From Candidatus Thorarchaeota archaeon (GTDB lineage: Archaea > Asgardarchaeota > Heimdallarchaeia > Hodarchaeales > Hodarchaeaceae): a stretch of DNA of 32,000 bases. Under the pieces are notes generated by a model. That model saw nothing but the letters and a program-made list of their open reading frames with translations. It was not told the origin of the DNA and made no database searches. This document shows positions 29,901-32,000 of the stretch, piece by piece. Positions within the stretch are counted from its first letter, which is position 1; the number at the start of each line of letters is the position of its first letter. A program made the translations under genes and the position numbers. The DNA is taken from contig JBHLRO010000010.1 of NCBI GenBank assembly GCA_048882505.1, positions 90,001 through 122,000 of the forward strand, written 5' to 3'.

Positions 29901-32000
29901 TGATGATGGGGACGGCAACATTGTAATAACCCTTACCGCCTATGATAATGTTGCCAATTCTGCACAAACCAGCATTACGATCCGATTTGACAATACGAAG
30001 CCGTCTGCGACCGATTCGACGCTGTTAGACCAGAATGGGCCTATCATTTCATTGTCGGGTCAATCCTCAGATGCTAGCTCTGGGGTTCAGAAGATCACAA
30101 TTTTGGATTACAACGGCTCACACTTCCCCACAATAGTCTCTAGTGGATTTTCCAGCTGGTCTCTCGACAATACATCAGCCTTAGATGGAACTATTCCAGC
30201 GGGTCAAAATATCGTAGTAAATGTGACAGTTTTTGACAACGTCAACAATAAGGATACCTATAATGTCACTATCACGTTCCATAGCCTGAAATTTCTTGTT
30301 TTCTCCCATAACATTCCGAAACGGGTAGAGATCGATGATCCCAATCCCCTGGATTGGAATATTACCATCGATTTCGAATATGATGGCACTTTAGCTGGCA
30401 GTGGCACCACAGTGATCGATCGGTTCATCGATCTTACCCAGTTTGAAGCGTGGATAAACGATACCTCCTTGGCTATTAAGCCAGGGTCCTTGGCGTGGCT
30501 TCCTGGCCCTCGACTTCAGTTTACTGTCATTCTTCCCAATAGTTCGAGCACTCCAGAGGTGTTAGAACACCTGACCATCGGTGAGACATACCTTAAAAAC
30601 CTCCGTGTGGAATGGAATATTACTACTCCCTCCATTGATGTCAGAATCGGTCATAATGTATCAAACGTTGTGTCCTACCATGATTTGGAGATCTGGTACA
30701 TCGGTGACGACCTAGATATTACAGAGACGGATAATCCCGATATCATGAATCTGGTACTACAATTCCGTAAGGATTATCAACCTCTGGATCCATTTTCAGG
30801 AGATCTAACATTCTTTGTCAATGGAGGCTCCGCCACTTTAGAAGGTGGAATTTCTCCTGTTGGTACTGGAACAGGCAATTGGAGTGTTCCGATTCGCCTT
30901 CCATCTGGTTTGACTCCAGGCTTGCATAGCATATCCTTTAGCTGGCGGTACAACCTTGGCGAATATTACTACGTCATAGACTCTAATACCAGCATTGATG
31001 TAGTTAATTACCATGACATAGACATTACGGTGGCTCTCCCCGCCCTGGATTCGTTAAGGATATTTGAAATCGATTCAGATTTCTCATCTTTGGTCTATTT
31101 CAACATTACTGAAGATAACGGTAATGGAAGTGGACCTCTGCCAGTTACAGGACGAGGTATCAGTGATCTTCTTGATTTTCGAATTCGGGGGCTAAGTCTC
31201 CTTTCTCACACTTCGAGTTTCCTGTCTGGGAGTGGGAATAGCGATTATTCTTTCAACTTTACTCTCTTTGATGCTAATACTACCGCGTCTTGGATTGGAA
31301 ACAACATTCTTACTTTCCGTATAAATACGAGTACAGGGTTATCAGATTGGGGATCCATTATCCTCATCGGACATGATTTGGACGTAGTGATAAATAGTAT
31401 CCTTACGATAGGTGGACTTGACATATTTGATCCTGATGAGCGTACAGAATTTGATATGATCATTCAGGTTCGAGAAGACCAAGGAAGTGGGCCTCAGGCG
31501 ATCTTGGGCCTAGATATCGGTAATTTTGTGAGACTTTACATGGAGAATGTGGGAGATCCCACCAAGAATGCCACTATTGGCTTCGTTGATAGTTGGAACC
31601 CGACTGTAAACGCCGGTGAATATACCGTTCGTTTCACATTAGAGGCCCTTGCCGCCAGCCAGCTTAGCCTCGGTCCAATTAGAGTAACATTCGAACTAAA
31701 CGACTTTGAAGGTCATCGCGCGTTTGATTCCAATACCGATTTAGATAGTAGAGATTTTGTTAACCTTTTGGGTTTGGAATGGATTAGTACACCCTTTGGT
31801 TTCTTTACATTCGATCCAGCTAATACTACTTCGGATATTACGTTCCGTTTGTCGTTGAATCAGGTTTTACAGGTCAACTTCCGCATTTACGCTCTAGATA
31901 CTGGGCTTACTCTTACCGATCCTATTAATGTATACTGGGAAACCCCGTGGAATACCTCCCAGCCCAATCCTCCACCAATCTTGAGATCTGGGAACGTTAC
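5239..32000 (+). CDS. Giant cell-surface Ig-like repeat (glyco)protein, at least 8,920 aa, 3'-truncated by the window end
   Basis: ATG at 5239 (MPKLIKKTHSYLFKGLVIFSLVLLLGSFHA...). Manual translation of the frame shows no stop through 31998 (...PNPPPILRSGNV). Coherent repeated beta-rich domains throughout; T/S/G/D/N/Y rich and K/R poor. Confidence 0.95.
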   Translation, partial: MPKLIKKTHSYLFKGLVIFSLVLLLGSFHALEPSNSLYPVTNIFSFGTKGPISDGIDNHTFISETGRQVHEITSSTPAYKIRLIFPVPGESADFLTLRLKARYTEEFTNLIRWNQNKNVSISVFPFESSIMDGINQSVQVLDAMELYWGTTIKFPFNNTALEGRDYFEIAFFMWNRTSVLTGLQFEDITFKNTPTPLSGQNNLLMGFLSTSAVCLWIAFPNRFSPLVACFIMIALVIVPLTLTLQTIRFLDNVEKTEAGVSRFTFFGRVYEQRDLGNGLFSLRMVKDLSRAFELQALSGTGDSDIYPGVFKDETVSQELQGIETVFLQPIMDSTDSIDSPVTYGSQFTPLLPRYKFSDITGNPGWWNTSYKYVRQVNITANSALDTNYTVQADLDTSTPVTASKMRADGKDLRVAYYNQTDSTWYELDRVILNNNSQKTAVFFRLQKAVSASSSDNNYAIFYGVQGNPGIPPNSTNKIFLDNDDFSSKNLNNYNLATNWAAALDTSKPTNIGWWITEDIALHSGGTNDYLNRSNLLTTNNEIIVLGKLTTSGGTKTSIELRSNASPSDDLRITHLSSSPYLRLERYNGTIYTLSSTTGSFSTTTWYLYKFNFVGDTMKARVWEAGQDEPSTWNLTYTASSGDNFPSNGHLLFKSNGGMEIGMWALRAGLSNDPAVTVDLEQQELVKITDIQIQNTEYNGSRYWDNNDGSADDFIRIKITAVWNVTGDPYLGELSVGHSLNPTYFGSTSGNVGGTTTIDVEENPIGSVTTFDGITVGAAIVGPNNPFGTDVYLDPGLTFSDIGWDAAEPTGGSWSTDFDTTDNTGDGFTPYGAGFGIYDAFYDDAAYTADASGWSDGTGAGILEYYIKSSAGNLGPADADGVDVSTTLPAEGVHNIQYAIQDQVGNWANGSAIINVYYSTAAPSGFTVDINGTGSWTPTTPSYAWISNPTAITSGTLYLGQAGNSIWNITVNEGTWNAGGAWQVIFESGWGGTEVSDTAAPYYSANYHSNTNAEADINTFIVNRNGVVSTITIRTLSDTSAPEMASISVTGDSPIPGYSDWDQDGAGFSIDRATITEKGDFGLAINASNSETFANYRYMGGTSPSTAITVTHLWIRTTGSGTAAVALYTGGTLSNPTTATKQAEAFNVAVSAGWNRIDIPDTLVSADAIVWMSVALDTGLYYATSGNGLKGDWQESRGRWSQSGGSDPTQASPNNPGSGSFAPAWYNMYMEYDGGAGGNQAVYDVDNSNPSFDLSSNDPYTYPVDVGADGTYTFYAVAVDRVGNKGIVRSDLGFVDETDPILGTTSFTDADYTNATHDYYDQGVRATATYRIPFTETNVFNITVVDIINAADRASDAAAGQTSPFDSTISLSNLFSDGEYTITITITDKVGRTDTTVTGGPTSIFLDNTDPVLTDALSSFEETSGEITKVYGLPGSELFYFANSFTGGAIIRLYATGTDSGSGVRGIDFGVFGADNPAEDTVSPYRGQYTINNDDVSGTITVTIYDKVGNSDSGIITATEDAANPSISLSGETESSTFLYAAYGDNTQGVYGSLMGTTQGYTISGTASDATAGLLSLSDNTTFGDNPSNTGSLSNWQFIYTIDTADNGDIVVVYTATDNVGNNNTVTYTFYEDNSNPLITDPMSIYQESGDTGEVYGDIGSDVFYFSNSFSTFATVTFTATGLEAGKAGIRGIDFGSFGSDDPGEDTSAPFTGQYTINGADLAGSITVTIYDNVGNSGSDTITCTEDAAPPTISITGETESSAYLYAGYGTVKEGVYGSGMGSLQSYTISGTASDADAGLLSITDDQSFGNDPSNSGTNSSWSFVYQIDAADSGNVVITYTATDLVGNTATDAYTFNEDNTNPSITVTQAASATNESSIFLYYDNVSAFGYYSPNMLGVLQTFNVGGTASDASGLASVTDDTTFGNNPARSGSLTSWSFGYQIDDGDAVYGTFTVTYTATDNVGNTFTDSFQFIFDNTNPTVSVDTAYILDGGSPYLHWDGVGSKIWYGDDMPSGQSLTVGIDAADASSGLDYAIAANHFGGTAAQLTDDTEDTNGGRTYDVPVVDINATDTWTGSFGITVYDNVGNSLQTTVDISRDTGIPSISVTGEIESSVYLYAGYGTTKQGVYSGSGMGSIQSFTISGTASDASSGLYSITDNSAFGDDPINTGSNASWLFLYQIDSGDNGDVTIAYTATDLVGNTAGDTYTFFEDGTNPTLTDNMSAYAEFVDTTEVYGVTGTDTFYFSNSFSSSATVEFTATGFDTGYAGVRGIDFGTFGGDNPVEDTSAPYIGQYTINNVDSSGSITVTIYDNVGNNDSGTITCIEDATNPSLSDPMSAYTEDSGDIADVYGVIGTNTFYFSNTIPTSAMVTFTATGSDTGGAGVRGIDFGSFGGDDPTEDTSAPYQGQYTLTNADATGAITVTIYDNVGNPGSATITCTEDSTNPSLSDAMSAYSEDAGDTADVFGNEGTNLLYFSNTIPTSATVTFTATGSDASSGVRGIDFGVFGENPAEDTSAPYTGTYIIDNSDTSGSITVTIYDNVNNSASGTITCTEDSTSPSLSDAMSAYNEISGEDTDVYGLIGSNTFYFSNSFSTSVTINFTATGSDSGSGVRGIDFGTFGADNPVEDNTAPYEGTYVIDNADTSGSITVTIYDQVNNFASATITATEDSTNPTLSDPMSAYSEDAGDLGDVYGIIGSDTFYFSDSFTSSATVTFTATGSDAGGAGLRGLDFGIFGGNDPIEDPSAPFTGQYVIDNASSSGSIQVVIYDNVNNSNIGTITCIEDAINPSGIILSSYLDLDDNTGDGYVPSDGTGTNTEAFYDEATFIADVSVTEAGSGILSLQLKRLGGSYGTNVPSGTNVDATLALGNNSIYYMIIDNVGNNATGFANVDVFYSTAAPTGMDIDITGTGLWSKTSPSYAWIFDSTDITSGTLYLGNVGNTNWGIVMDGSGNWNAGGEWKVIFEAGWGQATDITDTTPSFSTGNVYSSNIGAEADIWVDIVNRNGISQRIILTTTADTTGPTMASITVTGDSPVVSNWDQNGAEFNIDFATTSDGGSGANGWYVEYNNPVPRANWTTLDPYVYTNDVGDGSSNPYPFYAVPVDKVGNIGAGVRSDNGFIDETDPILGTTSFTDAGYTNGNENWYDHGTAGSATFRIPFTELNVYSISVVCTIASSDRASDAGIDQTSPFDSTITLLNTYPDGTYVITITVMDKSGRTDTTVAGGPTWINLDNTDPSISVSGESETSNFLYAEYGTIVQGYYGSGMGASLQDFTISGIASDTGVGVSSITDNTSFGNNPSNGGSPTSWSFLYQIDVADNGNVTVIYTASDYVGNTATTLYTFYEDNTAPTGYSLSLDPDTTTDIGYLPNTNYYDDDSVDVTTGGTITEIHSGLPSLRYTYRIGSNAWSPWSDVSIHQFTGVLDGTYNLEVMVRDNVGNNGTAQAASSSVTVDTDSPAKFNLTLTRVGSGFGANFNETLMELIFNSQKNDFFTANITSNGTSDIGNSGYWKIEWDKYSQFETASNITIAGLPESKNFNYLGDVNGTFLIRLINNAGNYQEWNITAIEVVATVTLTITEIVESSDFLYHDGIISHNYGYYSDKMGGTVVFTLRGTATTTSGGLMFTTDDNSTLSAANTGTESNWEFNYTFDSTTGSTYDTFLVIITGTDNLAFTGNTTFEFRYDNTNPTAPTIIGISESSVNLYYNSTDFIYSSDQAMTDPFTIQVTTSDNGVGDVGLYKANASSDFGAEVPEDSSYTTQYDLTYTVSQSETAGGDNQVIIAVYDLVGNNASVSLNCLLDDTPPTVTVTGESENSWYLYAGYGSGNEGVYGSLMTISLAYTISGTAVDTIAGLISLDDNTTFGDNPGNTGTLSSWQYVYVIDAADNGNITVVYSASDNVGNIGTTSYRFYEDNTAPTVPTQLITNPSGSPYLYLNSTARFYFSDQMGLTPVEVQISGTGSDALAGLKNATFPAHFGDSPAADLTPTSWQASYNIHGTDPEQTGPQTNINVFVYDNVGNVNTVTFTFKGDNSSPNVSLTGISEDALVYYLYVASNSLIYYSTVGSGNRNFTVTVLVQEPLAVLDAGVKNVSFPNVFTGSDGGINASSGGSHSRTWQWSYSIPISAIENGSFTITAYDQVNNSQSIDLEIYHDSAAPSAPTITDVLESSEFLYYSASTLFYSNDQVMSASFTIQLTTADLESGLENATGSADFGGETPNDSIYSGGYELSYVINQGETDGGDDVVVTVYDKVSNSITVTLTVTLDNTAPTGLSVNSVYEYGSEFLHVIGSTLYYSNDQTMSEDFTIEVLASDVDSGLLNATGEAEFGNSPGDISYLAGYNLTYTIDMGESAGGGNVIVWIYDNVGNNASISLITTLDNSGPTSITITNVIETSDFLYYDGAREILFFSNDQTMSELFTIQVTAVDPAAGIKNATGETEFGDSPVDTTYSAGFDLSYTIDLSEATSDGYVTVTIFDMCANSNTVDLNTTVDNVGPRDQKITQINDFGSKYIYLYNGSSLILYINNQTSSDYLFFIYVSDNEPANESGRYLAEGSLYFGEIPVATTYQYVLRYTLNQTENVDNGTLVITTFDRCNNSNSVGLTVQVDRTPPALVPGYSFNDFGSDYIHNNGTHFIFSSLMPFTQTIRISGSVTDIYASVNGSGIDHVDYLPAFGSSPTTTFGPSWIADYGINSTDSEHGSNGSVSFRVYDNVNNSRLIFIPYVSDTTPPSGLSIIDILEDLLPEYLHYNSTLIAIFYSHVRPEKGERKFTVRVSAADLGGAGLRNTSFPTIGVGFSTGGFDTSDADGFWNFSYTEDGSSGTFNGSLTVTVYDNVGNSNTVNFNVYSDFAPPAGLTLVELIEDSDFLYYDPGSETFYYSNSHSTPQPFTINITADDPNAVHSGLLGANGSVDFSETHSTVVFDGNFSLTYDVSNGESASGNDLTITVYDKVGNSADFHLSSILDNLAPSAPTITNVVENSYLLYYSAPTFYYSNDQTMSASFTIQLTTSDTLAGLRNATGSADFGGETPSDSVYSGGYELSYTISQGETDGGDGVLITIYDRVGNSVTGSLTVLLDNVSPTGSILTLLESSEYLYFNGTHLFYSNDQSMSDPFTIRVTSSDAASGLLNATGEDDFGDINVGDTSYSTYYELTYLVDSGDSASGAQVDIFVYDQVGNSLSLALSAVIDNDAPSSVTLSSLTGTDIANYLYFNGTHLFYSNDQVMSESFTLKLVVTELISGIKNVTGTLDFGTIPSTTTNVSGTFDIQYTVDQSETAGLDNQINISAFDNVGNVHSSFVLPVILDNTGPIIPAIQNVIENSEYLYYSGTTLYYANSHPTQSEKFSVNITASDTLSGILWINGSIDFGETPSDPDYAKGYFLVNYTVGFNEEASGSQIAFTVYDRVKNTNSITLNLNKDNTAPSGISITSVTENSEYIYYSLGTKILYYSSDQAMLGQPFTITIVAQDNVGGAGLFNLTGSTEFGDTPSDLTYVGEYSVNYIIDSFETNVSAIILSVYDRVGNLNNSITLDLKLDNAAPSAPSITGIVESSPYLYYSSPTFYYSNDQPMGHNFTIQFTTNDTLAGLQNATGSVDFGGEIPVDVIYSAGYEITYNVSQGETDGGNDVVITVYDLVGNSITGTLNVILDNAAPTVPTITDVLAPSEFLYYNGTHFFYSNDQPMSDSFTIQLTTSDALAGLKNATGSTEFGGETPVDTGYLSGYELTYTISSGETDGGDDVVITIYDLVGNSITGTLNVILDNAAPMAPTITGVLESSEHLHYSAPTFFYSNDQPMADSFTIQLTTGDSDSGLQNATGSTDFGGETPSDTSYSAGYDLIYTVDQSETAGGDNQIVITIYDQVGNFISVSLDSVLDNTGPINTNLVTVVIQKNIQNLYYANGTKTLYYSNDISVSDSFSVRVSAQDPSSGLQKANASEFGETPSTTDYSSGYYQLSFTVNTGESSPSFTVTVWDNVGNPSNIALTTVLDNNAPSAPIITGVIESSPYLYYSSPTFYYSNDQPMGHNFTIQFTSSDGAAGLKNATGSTDFGGEIPVDWIYSSGYELTYNVSQGDTDGGDGVTISVYDKVGNKVTDVFSVSLDNTNPTAPNINNVLESSEFLYYNALTLFYSNDQAMSASFTIQLSTSDSGAGLLNATGETDFGGETPNDLTYVGGYELTYVISSGETASGNQVTITVYDNVGNYDNSQSLACTLDNMVPTVPIIIGIGESSEFLFYGAPTFYYSNDQPMSDSFTIQLTTSDSGSGLQNATGSAEFGGEIPVDTVYATRYELSYTVSQFETAGGDNQIVLTVYDNVGNSVTGPLSSILDNVAPTVPIITAVYEGSDYIYYSGSILYYSNDQSMTDSFTIEFTTTDGSAGLQNATGSAEFNAEIPSDSSYSSGYNLSYTISQGETDGGDDVVITVYDFVGNKITKTFLVTLDNTAPSITLESHSSKIWYNTPGGITSYSGSVSDTLSGITSAFFNYSTDGGTTNTSFTATLGGGTWLDDDEITDTVNDNVTLIVYVWDNVKNVNSTTVEIWHDDTPPTITYNDPTAGSSTIFYNLNDNATTFDIDFGVTGGKTFYSGLVKAEYQTDDGMGWYTIFDNTGAPSLLDNTTNWKIERWNETLFNGVNTIDIRVTDAAGNIRTDIYSTGVSGFNLRLDTQGPVALSLSVKGNEIGISDPSLYDWAGSDFYLSFKFNSSSNITKFYIYSDQNTVIKSYLNKSGTEVFTWYEVGPGPVYHNYTTVDQLVFFDIGNTGNRSVYVRAENQAGINSSWIQVYLFVDEEDPTLTLTSITELNLTWTIHPDVLAGNGTLYFSDQMGASNSAGFDVTVNAADSGSGMTNGYVDFQAFEAIPAQTNTYTGTFSVGQSTTDRAWVRAYAIDASGRNSSSIAIVEVIRDTSAPTLPIITTIVENSEFLHYDSGSTTLYYSNDQPMSATFTIQLTTADLGGAGLANATGSADFGGEIPTDTVYSGRYDLSYTISQSETAGGDNQIIITVYDLVGNSRTKTLDSTIDNAAPSPPIFTGVVENSENIHYNGTHLFYSNDQLMDDLFTIQFTTSDGLGAGLQNATGTPEFGGEIPFDAIYSAMYELSYAISGGETAGGNNINISVYDFVGNYINATFKVILDNVAPSIPIITGVLESSEFIYFDGSTILYYSNDQSMSDSFTIQFTTDDALADLQNATGSSDFGEVNRVDTTYSAVYELNYTIDQSETAGGDNQIVITVYDMVGNSITTVMSCVLDNDAPIVPTITGVIENSEYMAYIAPVLYYSNDQPMGHNFTVQLTTSDGIVGLQNATGSADFGGETPSDFFYVGMYEITYNISQDETAGAGSEVNITVYDLVGNFITVTMICTLDNIAPTTPTISSIIESSDFLYYDGAILYYANTAPLMSESFTIQMTTSDSISGLQNATGETEFGDTPSDAIYSAGYELVYTVDNGESVPDNQITIIVYDNVGNNISISLDTILDNTAPTGLSINAIDENSDFIYYNGIDELFFSNDQSMNDPFTIRLSALEFRSGIQNVTGSFDFGESRSSFSNASGTFDLTYSIASGETTTASDGTLTLTVYDNVGNKASLTLTVTLDNTAPSPPSITGVSESSEYLHYNSPILFYSNNQPMSASFTIHFTTNDVGAGRLNATGETDFGGDTPNDTIYASGYDLIYTVSQAESASGGAVGITVFDNVGNSVTVSLTCTLDNAAPTLPIITNIVESSEYIHYNAPVLYYSSDQPMSDQFTIQFTTSDAIAGLQNATGELEFGETNVVDTTYSGGYELNYTIDNGDTATGDQITITVFDLVGNSVSLILSAILDNTNPTSPSIVDVLETSEYLYYDGATFYYSNDDGLSDSFTIIISTGDSGSGLKNATGETEFGNTPSDTVYSAGFELTYTVDNGESVTGGQITITIYDMVGNTVSVNLAATEDNLAPNISLLNTALRESSDFTYYPLNGTQVLYYSNKMLSDVTVYINVTTFDGSSGLQVMEFPSLFNVGSTFNTTVYNQSYVVSTTSGDNGTFTFRSFDNVGNIAMTTLDIVQDNQAPDQSVISAITESSQYLHTSGVAKLWYSDLMGGVPVSVGIDVNGIDQGGSLAAGLAVITFPTIGDESPGNITSGASTYSVTYNLSSTDSTTGDLFFTVYDRVGNTYQIPLEVINDITVPTISFTDVTNPIYDPDANELDSTGNWYDQGVLSSGFSVSSTPTDPLSGSRQGSGVFTVFIDWDSTNDVDDQLSINAGADGDDVITGLTDDGDGNIVITLTAYDNVANSAQTSITIRFDNTKPSATDSTLLDQNGPIISLSGQSSDASSGVQKITILDYNGSHFPTIVSSGFSSWSLDNTSALDGTIPAGQNIVVNVTVFDNVNNKDTYNVTITFHSLKFLVFSHNIPKRVEIDDPNPLDWNITIDFEYDGTLAGSGTTVIDRFIDLTQFEAWINDTSLAIKPGSLAWLPGPRLQFTVILPNSSSTPEVLEHLTIGETYLKNLRVEWNITTPSIDVRIGHNVSNVVSYHDLEIWYIGDDLDITETDNPDIMNLVLQFRKDYQPLDPFSGDLTFFVNGGSATLEGGISPVGTGTGNWSVPIRLPSGLTPGLHSISFSWRYNLGEYYYVIDSNTSIDVVNYHDIDITVALPALDSLRIFEIDSDFSSLVYFNITEDNGNGSGPLPVTGRGISDLLDFRIRGLSLLSHTSSFLSGSGNSDYSFNFTLFDANTTASWIGNNILTFRINTSTGLSDWGSIILIGHDLDVVINSILTIGGLDIFDPDERTEFDMIIQVREDQGSGPQAILGLDIGNFVRLYMENVGDPTKNATIGFVDSWNPTVNAGEYTVRFTLEALAASQLSLGPIRVTFELNDFEGHRAFDSNTDLDSRDFVNLLGLEWISTPFGFFTFDPANTTSDITFRLSLNQVLQVNFRIYALDTGLTLTDPINVYWETPWNTSQPNPPPILRSGNV
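6331..6627 (+). other. DUF2341-like domain within the giant protein
   Basis: WWNTSYKYVRQVNIT...NYTVQADLDT...KMRADGKDLRV...TAVFFRL...NYAIFYG matches the recalled DUF2341 pattern (WW..W.YR..I, M..DG.DLRF, IY.YYG). Needs HMM confirmation. Confidence 0.75.
6676..7281 (+). other. ConA/LamG-like (lectin-like) beta-sandwich following DUF2341
   Basis: DDF start, WYLYKFNFVGDTMKARVWEAGQDEPSTW, and a closing strand followed by DPAVTVDLEQ. The pattern is typical of ConA-like domains that accompany DUF2341; fold is inferred. Confidence 0.5.
7648..9453 (+). repeat. Four-domain block, copy 1 (second copy at 13579-14919)
   Basis: Shared in the same order: DNTGDG...AFYD...YSTAAP; PSYAWI...ITSGTLYLG...WNAGG.W.VIFE.GWG...VNRNG; MASI.VTGDSP...WDQ.G; DETDPILGTTSFTDA...QTSPFDSTI...GGPT.I.LDNTDP. 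Confidence 0.9.
8464..8931 (+). other. 156-aa inserted domain in a loop of an Ig repeat (jelly-roll/DUF4082-like, inferred)
   Basis: Present in block copy 1 between ATIT and DGGAGG; absent from copy 2 (ATTS|DGGSG). The block length difference (1806 vs 1341 bp) matches the insert size. Confidence 0.75.
9454..13578 (+). repeat. Zone of type-B (GVRGIDFG; 7 copies, 5 contiguous at 11866-13578) and type-A (ETESS.YLYAGYG...GVYGS.MG) repeats
   Basis: B units start at 9454, 10132, 11866, 12208, 12553, 12892, 13234. A units start at 9796, 10474, 11527, with further A units at 14920 and 16618. Confidence 0.9.
13579..14919 (+). repeat. Four-domain block, copy 2 (no insert)
   Basis: Colinear with 7648-9453; includes a 25-bp exact DNA match (14785-14809 = 9319-9343). 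Confidence 0.9.
21841..23279 (+). repeat. Near-identical 89-bp DNA pair (21841-21929 and 23191-23279)
   Basis: Only 2 mismatches (CAA CCC vs CAG CCG, both synonymous); the copies are 1350 bp apart. Confidence 0.9.
22087..22481 (+). repeat. Exact 59-bp direct repeat (22087-22145 and 22423-22481)
   Basis: TATGATCTGGTCGGGAATAGTATTACGGGAACCCTTAATGTGATTCTCGATAATGCTGC occurs twice, 336 bp apart. Confidence 0.95.
30280..32000 (+). repeat. Distal repeat class with H-[DS]-[LI] junctions, lacking DxVGN
   Basis: FHSLK (His codon at 30280), YHDLEI (30679), YHDIDI (31012), GHDLDV (31372); spacing 399, 333 and 360 bp. Confidence 0.65.

Larger units (their letters stand above)
7648..30280 (+). repeat. Tandem array of about 65 Ig-like (Big-type) domains, ~335-365 bp each
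   Basis: Recurring ...T[VI]YDxVGN...LD[NT]xxP junction; hand count of 65 D-x-x-x-P-delimited units between 7648 and about 30280. Confidence 0.85.

Noticed and set aside
7648-30280. CnaB-like intramolecular isopeptide bonds via the conserved DxVGN Asn
   Set aside because: No conserved Lys in the first strand of the units; Lys is rare across the array.
6035-31463. The ~38 short ORFs (62-154 aa) listed in the track on frame +2 and the minus strand
   Set aside because: All lie inside the giant ORF, show no recognisable domains, and fit shadow ORFs produced by its codon bias.
5239-32000. CRISPR array, diversity-generating retroelement or mobile element
   Set aside because: The repeats are in-frame protein domains, not repeat-spacer units. 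Mismatches in the near-identical DNA pairs are not adenine-specific TR/VR patterns. No RT, transposase, integrase or terminal inverted repeats seen.

Overview
Archaeal-looking window in two parts. (1) 1-4842 is a compact thiamine uptake/salvage cluster. It holds the 3' tail of an upstream membrane-anchored protein (candidate ThiB), ABC permease thiP, ABC ATPase thiQ (probably starting at a CTG codon, 1835), a convergent APH/choline-kinase-fold kinase (candidate thiamine kinase), and a divergently transcribed HTH + ThiN-domain regulator (ThiR type). (2) 5239 to beyond 32000 is a single giant + strand ORF, missing from the supplied ORF track because it has no stop codon in the window. I translated the frame line by line and found no stop, so it is at least 8,920 aa. 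Its architecture is: signal/TM segment, ~170-aa sequon-rich domain, two hydrophobic helices, DUF2341-like domain, ConA/lectin-like beta-sandwich, about 65 tandem ~112-aa Ig-like (DxVGN) repeats in several subfamilies, then a different H-D-[LI]-junction repeat class running off the end. Nearly all small ORFs listed after 6000 are shadow ORFs of this gene. Lineage is inference only: ThiR, TATA-like boxes, GGTGA-type RBS and heavy N-x-S/T use point to an archaeon, possibly Asgard. Novelty cannot be confirmed without database searches.
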